A stretch of DNA of 64,000 bases from Saccostrea echinata (lineage: Eukaryota). Below are positions 1-14,400 of this stretch, piece after piece. Within the stretch, counting starts at the first letter, position 1. Each line of letters opens with the position of its first letter. Location: NCBI RefSeq assembly GCF_033153115.1, contig NW_026889778.1, positions 9,052,001 to 9,116,000 on the forward strand. The letters run 5' to 3'. The translations under genes and the position numbers were made by a program. The notes beneath the pieces were generated by a model. The model did not search any database and was not told where the DNA came from. It saw nothing but the letters and a program-made list of their open reading frames with translations.

Positions 1-939
1 TAAAAAATAATCATGCAAATTGTTAGCTTGATAAACATCAATGGAAAAAAATTTCATTAGTTTAATAAAGAACTACCCACGCTAACTGTCGATTCCCGCC
101 TACAATTTACACCCATTTGATTCAATATAAACGGCATTTGGCCATTAAAACTTAATTGAATGCAAAGAAGAGTTCGTTATTAATTGATTATAATAATTCT
201 AAAACCAGTGTCAAAAACTTAATTGCTCCTATTTACGACTCTTTTCAAAATTGCTTGATATTCAAAAACGCATGGAAATGGGAAAATGACCCTTAAAACT
301 TTCCGTATGTTTAACTTGTTTAAAATTCAACATATAAGATTGATAAAAGACCCTATTTTTGAAATTGAAAATAAAAAATGACCAATTTTGCAGTTTTTTG
401 GCTGTAAACATATGCCCCCCCCCCCTTCCGTGAAACAACAAAAGCTTTGGTATGAATTTGTCAAATAACAATTCGTAAAATCCATGAAGAGGAATTCTTG
501 TTTCACGGGGGGATGTTTTATAAATATTTTCCGTTCATTTCTATGGTGAAAAACGCAATTTTTACCAAGATTAAAGAGTTATCTCTTAGTTTTCCAAATA
601 AGTTATGTTTTTTTTATTAAATTTACATAAATATCTATATAAAATATATATATATCTATATAAATATGAAAAATCATTCAAATATGGTAACTTTTCACAA
701 TCATTCAAATATGTTTTTGACAATTGGTATGCCGAAGAACAATACGATCAACTCGAACCATGGGTCTTGAGTTTCACAATTTTGTTGGAAAAGTAAATGG
801 TAATAATATATATACCGTTTGCCTAGTAGATATTCACAAGGATTGAATATCTTCGAGGATTTCATGGTGTTTGATGGTTTTTGGTCCCCTTCCCCTCATG
901 AAGAGAAGGGCTGGTACCAACATGAAATCCACGACTTTT

Positions 940-1740
940 GTTCTCCACAGATGATAATACCATCATAACCATTCACTTAGTTTGTTGAAATAATACCCAG
1001 GAGCAGAGAAGAAGATTTTCAAAGAATTATTGCATTTTCACTATATAATCCATAGAGCGCCGCCTTTACACAAAACCCCTGACCCGGGGGCCATGAATTT
1101 CACAATTTTGGAAAAGGCATCCTTGTGCATCATAACCATGCACTTAGTTTGTTTAGATAATACCCAGGAGCAGAAAAGCAGATTTTCAAAGAATTAATGC
1201 ATTTTCACTACATAATCAATAGAGCCCCGCCCTAAGACCAGAGCCCCTGCCCCAGGGGGCCATGAAATTCCCAATTTTATAAAAGGAATCGGTGTGCATC
1301 ATAACCATGCACTTAGTTTGTTCAAATAAAACCCTGCAGAAGATTTTCAAAGAAATAAGGCACTTTCACTATATGATCTATATAGCCACACCCTAGCACC
1401 AGAACCCCTGACCCTGGGGCCATGAATTTCACAATTGTGATAGAGGGCACAATGCTTATTACAATCATGCCAACAGTTTGACTGCTTGATGACCATGAGT
1501 AGAGAAGAAAAGTTTAAAGGATTGCATCAATTTGGGTGGTTTTAGCCCCAACCCCCCAGGGGGGCAGGAACCATGAAATTCATAATTTTTATTCCCATTC
1601 ACCCATAGGTGCTATATGGCAAAATTGGTTGAGCGATTTTAGAGAAGAAGTTGAAAATGTTCAAATGTTAAAACACGACGAACGCCGTCGGAAAAAAGGG
1701 ATAGCAATAGGTCACCTGAGTGATTCAAGTGACCTTAAAA
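940..1740 (-). mobile_element. Non-autonomous Helitron/Helentron fragment with ~160-169 bp satellite monomers
   Basis: About 3.5 tandem monomers (GGCCATGA near 1089, 1259, 1418). Ends in GCAATAGGTCACCTGAGTGATTCAAGTGACC, the reverse complement of the terminal box of the full copy at 38811. Confidence 0.8.
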
Positions 1741-1816
1741 GTTAGATGACATGGATTGCTTAATGAGTTTGCATCACGTAACCTTAATGAATCATGTAAT
1801 AAAACAATTATTGCTG

Positions 1817-1890
1817 TTTTTTCAGTCAATATGATGATTTAGCCACCTTGTACTCCTCAGGTGGCTAAATCATTGTATTGACTGAAAAAA
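1817..1890. repeat. 32-bp inverted repeat with 10-nt spacer
   Basis: TTTTTTCAGTCAATATGATGATTTAGCCACCT (1817-1848) vs AGGTGGCTAAATCATTGTATTGACTGAAAAAA (1859-1890); 2 mismatches. Confidence 0.9.
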
Positions 1891-3244
1891 AAAACCCAGC
1901 CAATAATTTTATAATATTGATAATATCAATGTAATAGGGACTGTTCCTGAACTATGATAATGTGGTTGCCAAAGGAACTTGTTTTTTGTTTGTTTGTTTG
2001 TTTGTTTTTTTTAATTGAATTTTCATTTTAATGCGAATGAAATGACAAGGTTAATTATCATGATTTAATTTATTGAAAAAGAAACATAACAATCAACGAT
2101 ACGTACATTGATAATATCAATAAAAATAATAGGGATTGTTCCTGAATTATTTGGTTGCCATAGCAACCGTTTTTTTTTTAAATAATGAATATCTTTAAAT
2201 GAAATGACAAAGTTGATTAATTTGATTTATTTATTGATTCTGAAGAAGAAATCTAATGATGCAACGTGGCTCTCGTTATTTCATATTGTTAATATCAATA
2301 ATTATTTGAATTGTTCCTGAACTATTTGGTTGTCATAGAAACATGTTATTTATTTAAATTTTAAATATGTATTTTGTTTAAATCTTAAGTGAAATGAAAA
2401 GGTAAATTAGTGAAATATTTTTTCATTAATGATTTTATTAAAGCAGATATGTACAAAATATCAGTCAAATAAAATTTAAGAATCTACAATTTAATCTAAA
2501 TTCTCCACAGCAACCATTTTTTGTATTCGTTTCTTTTTATTTTAAGAAATACCACCATTCTAGAAATTTTATATTTTGTTGATTATGGAATGAACTTTTA
2601 ATTGATGGTAGACATTTGCTACGGAGTTCCTTCATTATTACGCTATTATCTGTAGAAAATGCCCAAAATTTGCATTTTTTAAAAAATTGTTAAATTTGTA
2701 AAAATTGACAATTTTCATTGAAAGATCATTCATGCCCAACTACTGAATTAATACACTAATTGTGGTTGTTACTCCTATAAATAATACACAAGAATAGGTA
2801 ACTATTAATCATGCACAAAATGTGTAGAAAATAAAAAAAATAGTATGAAGTTGGTTTATTTTTAGTAGAATGCTGCTCATTTATGGGCTAAAAATGACGG
2901 TTTCGATTATCATGGCAATCGGTACTAAAATTTGTCTGTTGATATTCTTGGATATGAATAAATGTTCCTTAATCTTTTATTATGTTTTACTCATATAAAA
3001 TTAAACATATATTATTAATAAAATACGATGTTTTAGTTGTAAACCCCTTTGAAATTGGTAAAAAAAAAAAAAAGAAAAAAAAGAGCATTTTTGTAGTTTT
3101 TTGAGGAAAAAAACTCCAGTCACTACGCATTGGTTTTTGAGCAACTCCTTCAAGGCAGTCAAATACATTACTGCATGCTAAACAACAGCATTAAGAAGAC
3201 AGGATACCATTATTAGCAGTGGCTATCAAGACGAGAATATTAAT

Positions 3245-5635
3245 GGCTTGGCCAAGATCAGGTGCCCATTTCCACATGAATGATGTTATATAGACGTAAC
3301 TCTTTATTGTTACAATTAATCTAAATGTCTTTAGTTGCATTGCAAAGAACAGAATGAGAGCTTTCCATTGGTATATAATATCATATATATAGTACCTACA
3401 TCTTTGAAAAAACATCAGAATAAAGTCTCAGATTCATAATTTTTGAAGCGTTATGCTGTTGCACTTGATTTTTTACATTTTAAAAAATGGTTAATTAAAA
3501 TGATTTTGAATGAAACATTCCAAAATAAATATACTTTATTATAGAGAAATCATTCTGGTTAAGTTTATTTTTTACAGAAAAGAAAAAGGATAAAAATTGT
3601 GGAAATTATGAAAAAATGTGTGCAGATAAACCTTTGTTATATAATTTAAGATTTATCAATGTTTGAAAAAATTCATAATTTCTAGCAGAAAAAGAGCAAA
3701 TATAATGAGTTTAAAAAATTTTATTTTACTTAAGAAAAAAAGTAGTATAAGAAAATTGTAGTGGTTATATGGTAAAATGTGTGCACATTTTGTAATTTTT
3801 TTTTTCCATACTGGTCTAATATTTTGTATAGTCCGTAGCCCCATATTTCATTATAGTTTGTGTTCAACAAAAGAATGTATAATTTATCATGCTCTTGTTT
3901 AATATTTTCAAAGTTACCAGTAAAGTATAAAAACAGTAATGAATAGCTTTTGCGACAACACCAAAAGAAGTTATAGAAGAATGATTGGTGTCCGTAGCTC
4001 TGTATAGTCCGTAGCCCTAATATTACAACTTCCAGAAAAAGTCATATGCATTATTGATACAATAACTACAATACAGTAATATGTTTATTCGTACAAATAC
4101 GATGTTTTTAAATACACATATCACTGTAATTAAAGATAAAGTGTCTGAAAATTAACATTTTTCAACTAAAGGCTTGCTTCTGTAGTGTGTCCTGCTCTGT
4201 TTGTGGTCACAACATATTTCTAAATATACATGACAAAGTTTTCCTTCTTGTGATACATACTATCAATCCATTTAGAATAATAAGCATTGGAACATTTTTA
4301 AAAGAATATTTGGCCACACAAATTCTACTTAGAAAAGGGCTACAGACTCTTCAAATAAATTTAGCAAATTTACAGACCATATACTAGTAACCATCTACTT
4401 CTTTATTAGCAAGAGATTTGTTTTCTGCCTGCATCACTGCAAAATGTGGCTTCAATGGTTTATTAGGTCCCATCAACCAGTCTTAACATCCCATATTGGG
4501 ATTTGATCCCAAAACATAAGGATCAACTCCATTATTTGGCATTGAAAGTACAGTCAGTACATTAGACAATTGATCTTTAAGCACGGTATTATAAATACTC
4601 AAATTTAGTGGTGTAAACTGTTGTAGAAAACCAAAATAATAATATAAAAATTGCCCAAGAATTAATTATACTAATATATTTTCTTTAAGATGATTGTCAA
4701 CAATAGAGATGTTTAACGGTGTAGTCCGTAGCCCCAGTGCTCTTATGAAATTCATCCTTCTTAGACATGTTAGATGCTAAATTAAAGTTTATTCTTGGTC
4801 TTTATATGGTCTTAGACTATATTTTGTTATCAAAACACCAATTACATGTAGTTCTGACATGTATTATTTTGTTCTGACAATTCTTATTTTACTCGTATTG
4901 GGAATTTATACTAAGTTTTAGTTTTATTTTGTTAAATTTCACAGGATTTTTGTATAAATTGACTTAATATCCAACTGAAAGGATTTATTAAACACATGTG
5001 AACTCCAAGATGATAATTTTAAAAAATATTTACTGATACAAGCAACTATTTTTTCTATGGTCTCTCCTTAAATGAAAAATACTCTATGTATAGTCCGTAG
5101 CCCAAGGTCCTAAAATAGTCAATCAAAAAATACTTGACACAGTTTTTCTCTGAGTATTACTAAATAAGTTTGAAATTCTCATTCCCATATACAGTTTCTT
5201 TAGAAAAATTGAAAGTACTTTAATGCATTTTTTCTTCAAATGTCCAAATATTAAGAGTAGAAAACCTCTCAAAGATTAACAAATTTACCCATGTCCTTTG
5301 TATACTGTAACATTTTAATGGAAATGACTTATGTGATTTTTTTTGCTCAGACAAGATTTTGTGAAGAGTTTGTATTTGAATTATACTTTTTTTGTTCAGT
5401 TGAATATGATAAAGGTAAATGTTATGCCTGAATATGTATAGTCTGTAGCCCACTTGGGTCTCTGTTATAGTAAGAGTGAAATCTTTTAAACCGCTTTACA
5501 GAAATGGACAGAAATTTCAGACAATCTGCCAAAAGGATGTAGTGTTACATAGAGCATACTTGTAATAAATTTCATTTGACTTCATTTTTTTTGTTAATCT
5601 GCAACCAACATGGGCACCTGATCTCGGCCAAGCCG
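3245..5635. mobile_element. Non-autonomous DNA transposon with 25-bp TIRs (Sola1-like, tentative)
   Basis: GGCTTGGCCAAGATCAGGTGCCCAT (3245-3269) is inverted at 5610-5634 with 1 mismatch. Internal motif TAGTCCGTAGCCC recurs about 6 times. No transposase ORF; TSD unclear. Confidence 0.7.
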
Positions 5636-6189
5636 TATTGAGTGCCAGCAGGACGTTAGTGCAAGCAGGAAGTGGTCCTTGTACACAAAGAAGATGCGCA
5701 GCACAGCTAAGGCTACAAAAAGGAGGCGTGGCCTAATTTGTGCGGGAAGTGTTAACTATGACATCACACAAAACTAACAAGTCTTAAAAATACCCCAAAA
5801 TGAAATTATTTGCTATTTTAAACTGTAGGAAACCATCAAACTACATCAAAACCTAATATAACACGCTGTTTTGTCATTAATTAAATCCTATATAGCAAAG
5901 TATAAACAAGTCACTGATCGCAATGCACTTGTCAATATGACTTCATTTTGTAAAACTTGACGCTGTTTGTATGCAGTGAGAGGCGGATCAAGTAATATTT
6001 CACAACGAAAAATATGTTTTATAATTAAATAAAATATTATTTGCAGATATTTAAGAGGCCATTAACTTGGATTCAATGTCTTCTTTATGATTTTATTCAT
6101 ATATTTTCCGTACATTTCCTATTTGATTGATACCGCTGTATATTTCTATGCAAGTACATAGGGTTATGTAAGGGTCTCAATAAATCGAT

Positions 6190-6494
6190 CTAGTGCAAGG
6201 GCATACGCGCAATGGATCATAGTAAGCTTTTACAAATAAACTCTAGAAGTATTAATGTATTTGAAAAGTGCTGCGTCCCTGTTGAAATCTTGAAAATGAA
6301 TTAATTATATATATATTTAATGCCACTGAGCAGCAAAAACTTGAGCATTCAGTAATACAAACATGACTTTAACAATGAAATAGCAGAATCTACAATATAT
6401 ATAGGATCGTAGCACTTTTCAGAAACTACAATGCGTGTTGAAAATATTTATGAACTTAACTTAGAATTTTAACTTGGCTATGCCCTTGCACTAG
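6190..6494. mobile_element. Putative MITE with 16-bp perfect TIR
   Basis: CTAGTGCAAGGGCATA (6190-6205) / TATGCCCTTGCACTAG (6479-6494); no clear TSD. Confidence 0.5.
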
Positions 6495-7593
6495 TGAAAT
6501 TTATAGGTGATCTCAATACTGCAAGTATATGTGCTAAATTCACGTGACTGCCACATCATGTGACAAGTCTAAATATAAAATCTAATCGTCCTCAATATGT
6601 AGTTAATAACGACAATTACATATGTCGATATAAATAAAGTACTAAAAAAAAATTTTATCCTGATTAAGAAAATATTTTTAAATCACAAAAATTGCCGGTA
6701 TTTCCATTGCGCACTTTAACTGTACTGCGTGGTGTGGAACTGTATAAAGTATGACACTTGTGAAATAAAATCTGCATAAAAATTCCACACAAACATGAGA
6801 TAGTTGAATGACAAACTTGATTTTTTTAGTTGGCTGTTCGAAGAAAAGGTTAAAAACAGTTTACGATTTCAAATCAAATCAATTTTTGTTTCCTCTAAAG
6901 TGTCATGCAGTCTTTCTAATTGTGACAACGACATGAATTCCTAATTATATTAAAACTTAAGTTGCTGTTTAAAAAAATACAATCACCACATTCTTATGAC
7001 ATGGTAAGTCTATGGGCAACAGTTTTGCATATGCAAAATTAAATATAAATCGTTTCATACACAATCAAATTAAAAAAAAATGATTGATGTATTATTTTTC
7101 TGTCTAGTTTCACACTGTTTGTCTCTTCTGTTAAATGTATGGCTTTCCAGTCCTTTAAAAAATTGCAGTAGAAGGACGATCTGAACTTTCTGTAAATGTA
7201 TGAAAAGTTGGTTGTTTGCTTCGAAAATTTTTCACTCATGTTGGGACGCATTCAACGCCATTGGCAGGTTGCAATTGTAGATATGTAGTCGACTCGACAC
7301 GGGAGATTTCTAAAATGAATTGCGTTCGCACTGTCAATGATGAACCGTTTCCTTTTCCATACACTTGCTTCTTTGTATATAAACTTGAAAGTCTGCAATT
7401 AAGATCCATACTTGCTGGTAATAGGTAAGACAGCATCATATTATCTGAAATATCATTTGTTATATCAAGTATTATTTTAGTCTACGATTTTTTCCCCTAG
7501 TTTCAAACATGTAAGATGTACTTGTCACTCTTAAATATGATTTATACCGTGTTGTCATTGTCCAAATGCTATTTTTTTCTTTTGTTCCTTAGA

Positions 7594-8605
7594 TTTTTAA
7601 GTCACCTGCGTCACTCACCTGGCTCACTCATGTGACCTATTGCTATCGTTTTTTGTCCGTCGTGGGACGTGCGTCGGTCGTAGACTTTTGAACATTTTCA
7701 GTTTCTTATCTTGAACCGTTGAACCAATTTCAACCAATTTTGGCCAATAGCATCAACGGGTGAAAGGAATCCAAAATTGTGATTGGTCCCTGCTCTCCTG
7801 GGGACTGAGGGGTGGGGCTTAAATCGTCAAAACTACTGGACATCAAGCAATGAAACTGTTAGGATGATTGTAATAACCAATAAGCCTTCTACCAAAATTG
7901 TGAAATGCATGGCTCCAGAGGCCGGGGATCTGTAGTTAGGGCGGGGATCTAATGAACTTATAGCGAAAACGCATAAATTCTTTAAAAATCTTTTCTTCCC
8001 GTGTATATTTAGCAGATAAACTAGGTGCGTGGTTATGATGAGCATAAGTGCCTCTTCAAAAATTGTAAAAAATTGGGTTCTTGGGGGGGGGGGGGGGGCT
8101 CTATTGTTCATTCATGAAGTGAAAATGCATTATTTCTACGAAAATCTTGTGACTTTCATGACCTCTGGGTCAAGGGTTCGGGGGGGGGGGGGTAGGCTCC
8201 ATTGATTATATAGCAAAAACTCTGAGAATATCTCTGCTTCTGGGTATTCAGCAAATAAACCAAGTGCATAGTTATTGTGAGCAAGCGTGCTCACAAATTT
8301 GTGAAATTTGTGGACCCAGTGTCAGGGGTTCAGGTGTTGGGAGGGGGCTCTATGGATTATATACTGAAAATGCATCATTTCTTTGAAAATCTTCGTGTCT
8401 TATCCTAGATATTAATGAAATATGGAGACAACGAACAGTATTCAAGCTCAAAGTCCATTTAAACAGTAAAAATCGGAAGCAGAGCAAACAGCAAACAAAG
8501 TAAATGCATGGATATGATAAGCAAGGGTGCGCCTCTTCCAAAATTTTGAATTTAATGGCTCCAGGATTAGGGATTTTGGTTTTAGGACAGGGCTCTATTG
8601 ATTGT
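7594..8605 (+). mobile_element. Helentron-type element, 5' part with degenerate ~167-bp monomers
   Basis: Starts GTCACCTG...GTGACCTATTGCTATC...GTCCGTCGT and is colinear with 38811 onward; about 4.5 monomers; 3' end missing. Confidence 0.8.
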
Positions 8606-9076
8606 ATTAAGTATATTTTGTAGCTGCAATGTTATTGTTAATAAATTAATTGTTCGATAACTTGTGTGATTTTTCCTTTAAGGGAAGAGATCGTGCGTAA
8701 ATTAGGTTCGATCGATTCCGATTTTTAATCGTGCGTGGACACTATTTTCTAAAGAAAATAACCCCTGAGATGAGTGGTTTTGAGGATTTTTCTCCTTAAA
8801 TCTTAGGAATTAACGACATTAATGATGTCACAGAACTGTTCTCCTTCATGCCATATTGTTTCATGATTTATCATATTCATACACTCTACTCATATTTACG
8901 CCAATTTCGAGACTTTGAAAACTTCAATTTTTAAGGCACAATAAAATTACAACCGTACGTACTTCTTTCGCAAAGTGAAAGTCGTGCCAAACGTGCATGT
9001 CAATCTCTTTCGGCTGTCTTTGTGTTTGACGATAGTGGGCGGGGACTATGGAAATAAACATGGAACACTCGTTCTG

Positions 9077-9077
<1 letters not shown>

Positions 9078-9125
<48 letters not shown>
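9078..9125. repeat. (TA)n microsatellite
   Basis: Uninterrupted TA run. Confidence 0.95.
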
Positions 9126-9126
<1 letters not shown>

Positions 9127-9132
9127 CAGAAT

Positions 9133-10765
9133 ATATATAGAAAGCACAAAGAAATTCACTTTTACATGGATACCCACTTCCGCCCCAACAATGTGTATCA
9201 GTAACGATCCTCTAATAAAACTAATGTTAAAATAACTGTATCTCACTTCCATCGTTTAATGACTGTGTAGTTTACGACAGCGCCGCAAGAATTCCATCGG
9301 CATCGAAAGCAAGTTTAAGTTAACTTGCCTACACGGCCGAGCGGTCTAGCACGCTGTTCCTGTACTGCAAGGAGAAAGATTCCGTAGGTCGAGAGTTCAA
9401 CCGCGGGTTGGGGCGTAAGTGGGCATCCACGTAAAGTGAAAGTGGATGTTCATGTCATTTTACAATTTTAGTACCTAACCTATTAAACTCATCGGTGATT
9501 TTATAAAATTCTCGCAATATGAATGATTTTAGTATGAATGGATAGGTTTTGAATAGAACTACCCGATTCCAGTCAGAAAAAAAACATTTAAATAAATTTT
9601 AAGCAAAATATAGAATTTTACAGCGAAAATAAAGGGTATTTTAAGCGTGTAACGCGTTACATTTTTTAAGCAGGGATCACGCATTTTTCTTGTGTAGAGT
9701 GTTCAAAAATGAATCTGGAGTTTTCATTTTCCTCACAAAACAAGAGCAATTAATGTCGTTTATGACTTCATTAGTGATTCTACATTCAATGGTGGCAAGA
9801 AAAAGAAAGCGATATTTTTTTTAGAATAAGAATCTGTAACGTTATTAATTAAAAACGTGCATATGAATATAAACATTAAATTTACTCATTTACAAGAAAG
9901 TTTAAATAGAAACAATTTATATCAAAATAATGTGCTATTCTTATATATTCTAAATATTTAATTAATGTTGACATTATACTGCATGCTTTGTAGCTAATAA
10001 ATGAATTAGAAGTTCAACAGAAATGTCCAGCGTCTAAAATGACGTGCAAAAATAAGATCAACCCGTTTTTCGAGGGTTTAAATTCTTATATTTTTTTATG
10101 GATTATAAAAATAATTATAAGTTTATAATGTGATAATCTAAACAATCAGATTGAATGTTAGATTGATAAATTTACTTTATTAATTAATATTTTACGCAAC
10201 ATTAAGGAGGTTCAACATTCTTGTCCGGTGGACGTTCTTGACGCGTAATTCGTCTTGCTTCAAATTAATACACGAAAATGCGTTTGAGAGTGTTTTGAGT
10301 AATTAACAAACTTTATCAAAGCACCCTTTTTGTTCATTAGTTTAATTACAAGTAGCCTATATTTTTTTTACTCATATTTCAAGTACAAAGACAAAGCGAT
10401 ATGGTACCAGTCAAGCTAATAACACTATTACATTGTAGAAGCATTACGTCTATTTTTCCGTAGCGCTATGAAAACGTAACGTCAAGCGTCACCAACATCA
10501 CGCGTAACGTCGTAACGATCCTCTAATAAAACTAATCTTCGAAGAACTGTATCTCACTTCCATTCTCAATGACCGTGTAGTGTAGGAGAGCGCCGCGAGT
10601 ATTCCATCGGCATCAAAACCAGTTTTAGTTAACTTGCCTAGATGGCCGAGCGGTCTAGCAGTTCCTATACTGCTCGGAGACAGATTCCGTAGGTCGAAAG
10701 TTCAACCCCGGTTGGGGTGGAAGTGCGTCTCCATGTAAAAGTGAATTTCATTGTGCTTTCTATAT
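9133..10765. mobile_element. TIR element with internal ~240-bp direct repeats containing a tRNA-like segment
   Basis: 9133-9189 is an inverted copy of 10711-10765. Direct repeats at 9201-9440 and 10512-10745 each hold A-box-like GGCCGAGCGGTCTAG and B-box-like GTTCAACC motifs. Confidence 0.65.
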
Positions 10766-10798
10766 TAATATTTCTTCACAGGGGCAGTTGTTTAAGTG

Positions 10799-10941
10799 NN
10801 NNNNNNNNNNNNNNNNNNNNNNNNNNNNNNNNNNNNNNNNNNNNNNNNNNNNNNNNNNNNNNNNNNNNNNNNNNNNNNNNNNNNNNNNNNNNNNNNNNNN
10901 NNNNNNNNNNNNNNNNNNNNNNNNNNNNNNNNNNNNNNNNN
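10799..10941. other. Assembly gap (143 N)
   Basis: Run of N. Confidence 1.
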
Positions 10942-11448
10942 CGGGATGGAGAGAGTGGGGGGGTTCAGAGTTTAATTCAGAGATCATATGAGCATTTGTC
11001 ATAAAAATTTCTCTTAATATAGGCATGTATAGTACGACACTATTGTTCCGAAAATTTTGCAATTTTTATCCCATTCTGTTAGTCCTATGGAATTTGACTG
11101 TAAATTTTATATGGAGTATCCCATCAATTAAGAGCTTGAAAATGACGGCATAAAGGGGGAGGGGTTTCTTTTTTCAACATTCTATAACGTTTCGCTCCTG
11201 GAAAAAAAACTGGTATAGACCTTGGGAATGTAGGGAAAAATGACTTTGCCCCCTGCTCCCCCTAGAAAACAGATTTATCTATCCATCAGAAGGAAAGCAA
11301 CTTGTCCCTTTCCCTCCTCAAAAATTAGTTTTTTCCTTTCGTCAAAATCCCTCCCCCATCCCCCGGAAAAAGAAATCCTGGATCCGCGCATGATTTGTAA
11401 TATTTTGACTTTGTTAAATTTTAGATTCAAGTCGTGAGAAGTGTGAAT

Positions 11449-14400
11449 ATGAAAGGAATATATGCCTTTATTGTGATTTGTTGCATTCTCAACTTGCATC
11501 TGATACAAGGGTATTACACAACAGGGGTTATTCGGGACAAATGTTTAGAAAATGAGCTGTCAACAACCAACATATACATTGCATCAACTCGTATAATCTA
11601 CCATGTCTGTATACCCTCACCATTGAACGAAAAACGTGGTTCTTTAGGTAAGTACAGTACCTTTGCTTCTCATTTAACAGATATAACAAATACGTGAATA
11701 AGACTTTTTGGATTAAGTGTTGAACTTTCTTTTTATTGTTGAAATTTTTGAATCCATACTTTCATCAGATATTACAGTGAGGGGTTGGAGATGCCCTGGC
11801 GATTCTTTCTCGTTTGGTGCGGTCGCTGGGAGAATGAGATGTTGTACAAAGGAAGGTGAGTTGTGCGTTCGTATTTAAACACCTCAAACATCAACTTTAC
11901 ATTTAAATGTGGTTAGTGAGCTAATTAAAGTGAAATTAAATACTTTTTTTTAAATATTATACATGTACTTAAGAATCAATAACATGAAGTCTACTTCCTT
12001 TATAAATAAAAAGGTTTGGAGGTTAAGAGCTGCATTTTTGACTCGAATATCTACAACTTTGACAACGACTTTGTATCGAGTCCTCCCAAGGGGTTTCATC
12101 TAAAGGGTCGCTTTGGTTTAGGGTAAGATTTTTTATTTGATTAGTATAGTTGAAACATATGCCATAAAACCTGAATTAAACTATTTCGGGGCCTCGATTT
12201 TAAAGCAAGCAACCACAAGACCAGCAACTTTTACTCCAAACTGCCAATTCAAGCGCTTGGTAAAGGATCAGTTGCACCCTATCTTTTATCGACTAAGGGG
12301 TTGAACCCACAACCTTCGGATCACATATCGAGCGCCCTGTTGACCGAGCTTCTGCGACGGTCTGGATAGATTGATTGTATGTTGTTGTACATCCCGTTCG
12401 AGAATTTTTAACTCATACAGAGGCCTCGCCATATTCCGGTTAAGGGCTTCAAATTTAGACCTTTACTCTGCCATTGAGCAGTGAAGGTTCCTTACAGTGC
12501 CAACGCCTATCGTGACACAAGGCCTCAGTTTTAAGGTCTCATCCGAAGGACCCGCAACATTCACTTCAAAGTGCAGAGTGCTTGGCGAAGAAATAGTTGC
12601 TACCTATTTTTTTTTTTTTATCGACTTAGGTCAGTCGCGGCCAAGATTCGAACAAACGACCTTCTGATCACAGAGTGAGCGCCCTACCGACCAAGCTACC
12701 GTGACGGCTTGTGACGGCCTGGAAAGTCGAAAGCAAAAACATTTAGCTCTGTGTGTACATTAAAGGGATTGACAGCCAGGCATTCTGAAGTGCTGCTTTC
12801 AAATCATCAACTGTATCAATATTCATCAGATGTCTTTTTATTTGATTTTTATAAGATGAGCCAAATTTTCCAATAAAACTGATATCAGGAGATTGAGCAG
12901 GCCATGGTAAGGTTGGAATGTTATTTTCTTTCCAGGCTTTACTCATTCTTGAGACATGAGGTGGAGCGTTGTCTTCCTGAAATATGTCTGGTTTGTTTGT
13001 GAAATATTTGGCTTTGACTGACCACAGGTTCTCATCTTTTTGTATTCCTCACTGTCCATATTTCCGTCTATGCAAGTTAATAATCCCTGAATTTGGTGTA
13101 TTGTGCAACCCCACACCATTACTTTCAAGTTCCTGCCATTATGTCGCTTCAGGTGGCCAATGCACTCGGGAAGGTACTTCTCTCGTTTTGTTCTCCAGAC
13201 TTTAACAACCCCACAAGTTATAGGCACTCACAGGTACTGCCATTTCTTCACTAAATTTGATCTTACTCCAGTTTTGGGTTACTGTCCATCTAAACTTACT
13301 TCTGACCAAGAAACTCGACGTACTTTGTTCATTTGTCTGACTCCCAACTTCTTGACGATAGCTCGCTTTCTCGGGTCATACTTGTGAATGGATATTGGGA
13401 TTCTTCTTTTTGACACAGATGCATGGTTAAAGATATTGAATTCATTAGTGATTTCCAGCAAAGTTGATGTCCGATTCCCCCGATTAGGTATCCGACAACT
13501 CCCATCATCCAGGTTTTATATAGGTCGCCCTGATCTGTGACGATTTTCAATAGAGTCGCTCTCCTGATACCGCTTCAAAAACCTACACATTGTTGCTGGA
13601 GTTATTTTCAATACTTTAGCTATTTCACTTTGTTTAAAACTGCTGTTAAGTAACTCCAAAACAATTGTTTTTGTCTCATCAGTCATTTCCTGTCGTTTGG
13701 TATCCATTGTAAACCAATGGCGGTCTATAGTAGAAAAAACACTTGTACCTAAGTCTATACACTGAAAAGCTGACACAGTCATATCAACGGTGTTTTGCGA
13801 GAAGCACTGACTTTTAAAGTTGACGACTTACTTTGACATTTAAACTGTGTTATGTACGGAGGTACGGAATTGATAATAGACATGAAAACCTTATTAGTGG
13901 TTATAGATCTGGTGTTAGGGGCACAAACATGATTTACCGGTATGCAATCAACGCAAGAGATGAAGGGAGGCAGAATTATATAACTTAAATTACCTTATTC
14001 GTAATGGGTAGTATCTCCTTTCAATCTCATTTTCCGGAGGAATCAAATAAGGAAGAAAAACATCCCGGAAGAAAAACTAAGCAAGAATTGTGAAGAGAGG
14101 GGATTGAGGGTAGGGTGGTTGCCGTTCCCTTCCTAGACAACGTAAAATGTGCTCTGAAATGGCCCATTATTATCGTTTTATTAACTGTTCAGCTTAATAT
14201 TTATATCGCAAAAGAGCTTCCGTATATTGTCATAGTGTAAAAGTAAGCCGTCGTTTGTAAAAGTCAGCGCTTCTCGCGAAAGTCCAATAGTCACTCCTAT
14301 ACATGACAACAACGTTTGACGCTCTAGCTATATGTATCGAATACTTTATTTGTATAAACGCGACTTCAGCAATCAAAATTCAAAATGGTGGAAAATTTTA

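Noticed and set aside
10717-11062. ORFs spanning the N run
   Set aside because: Artefacts of the assembly gap.
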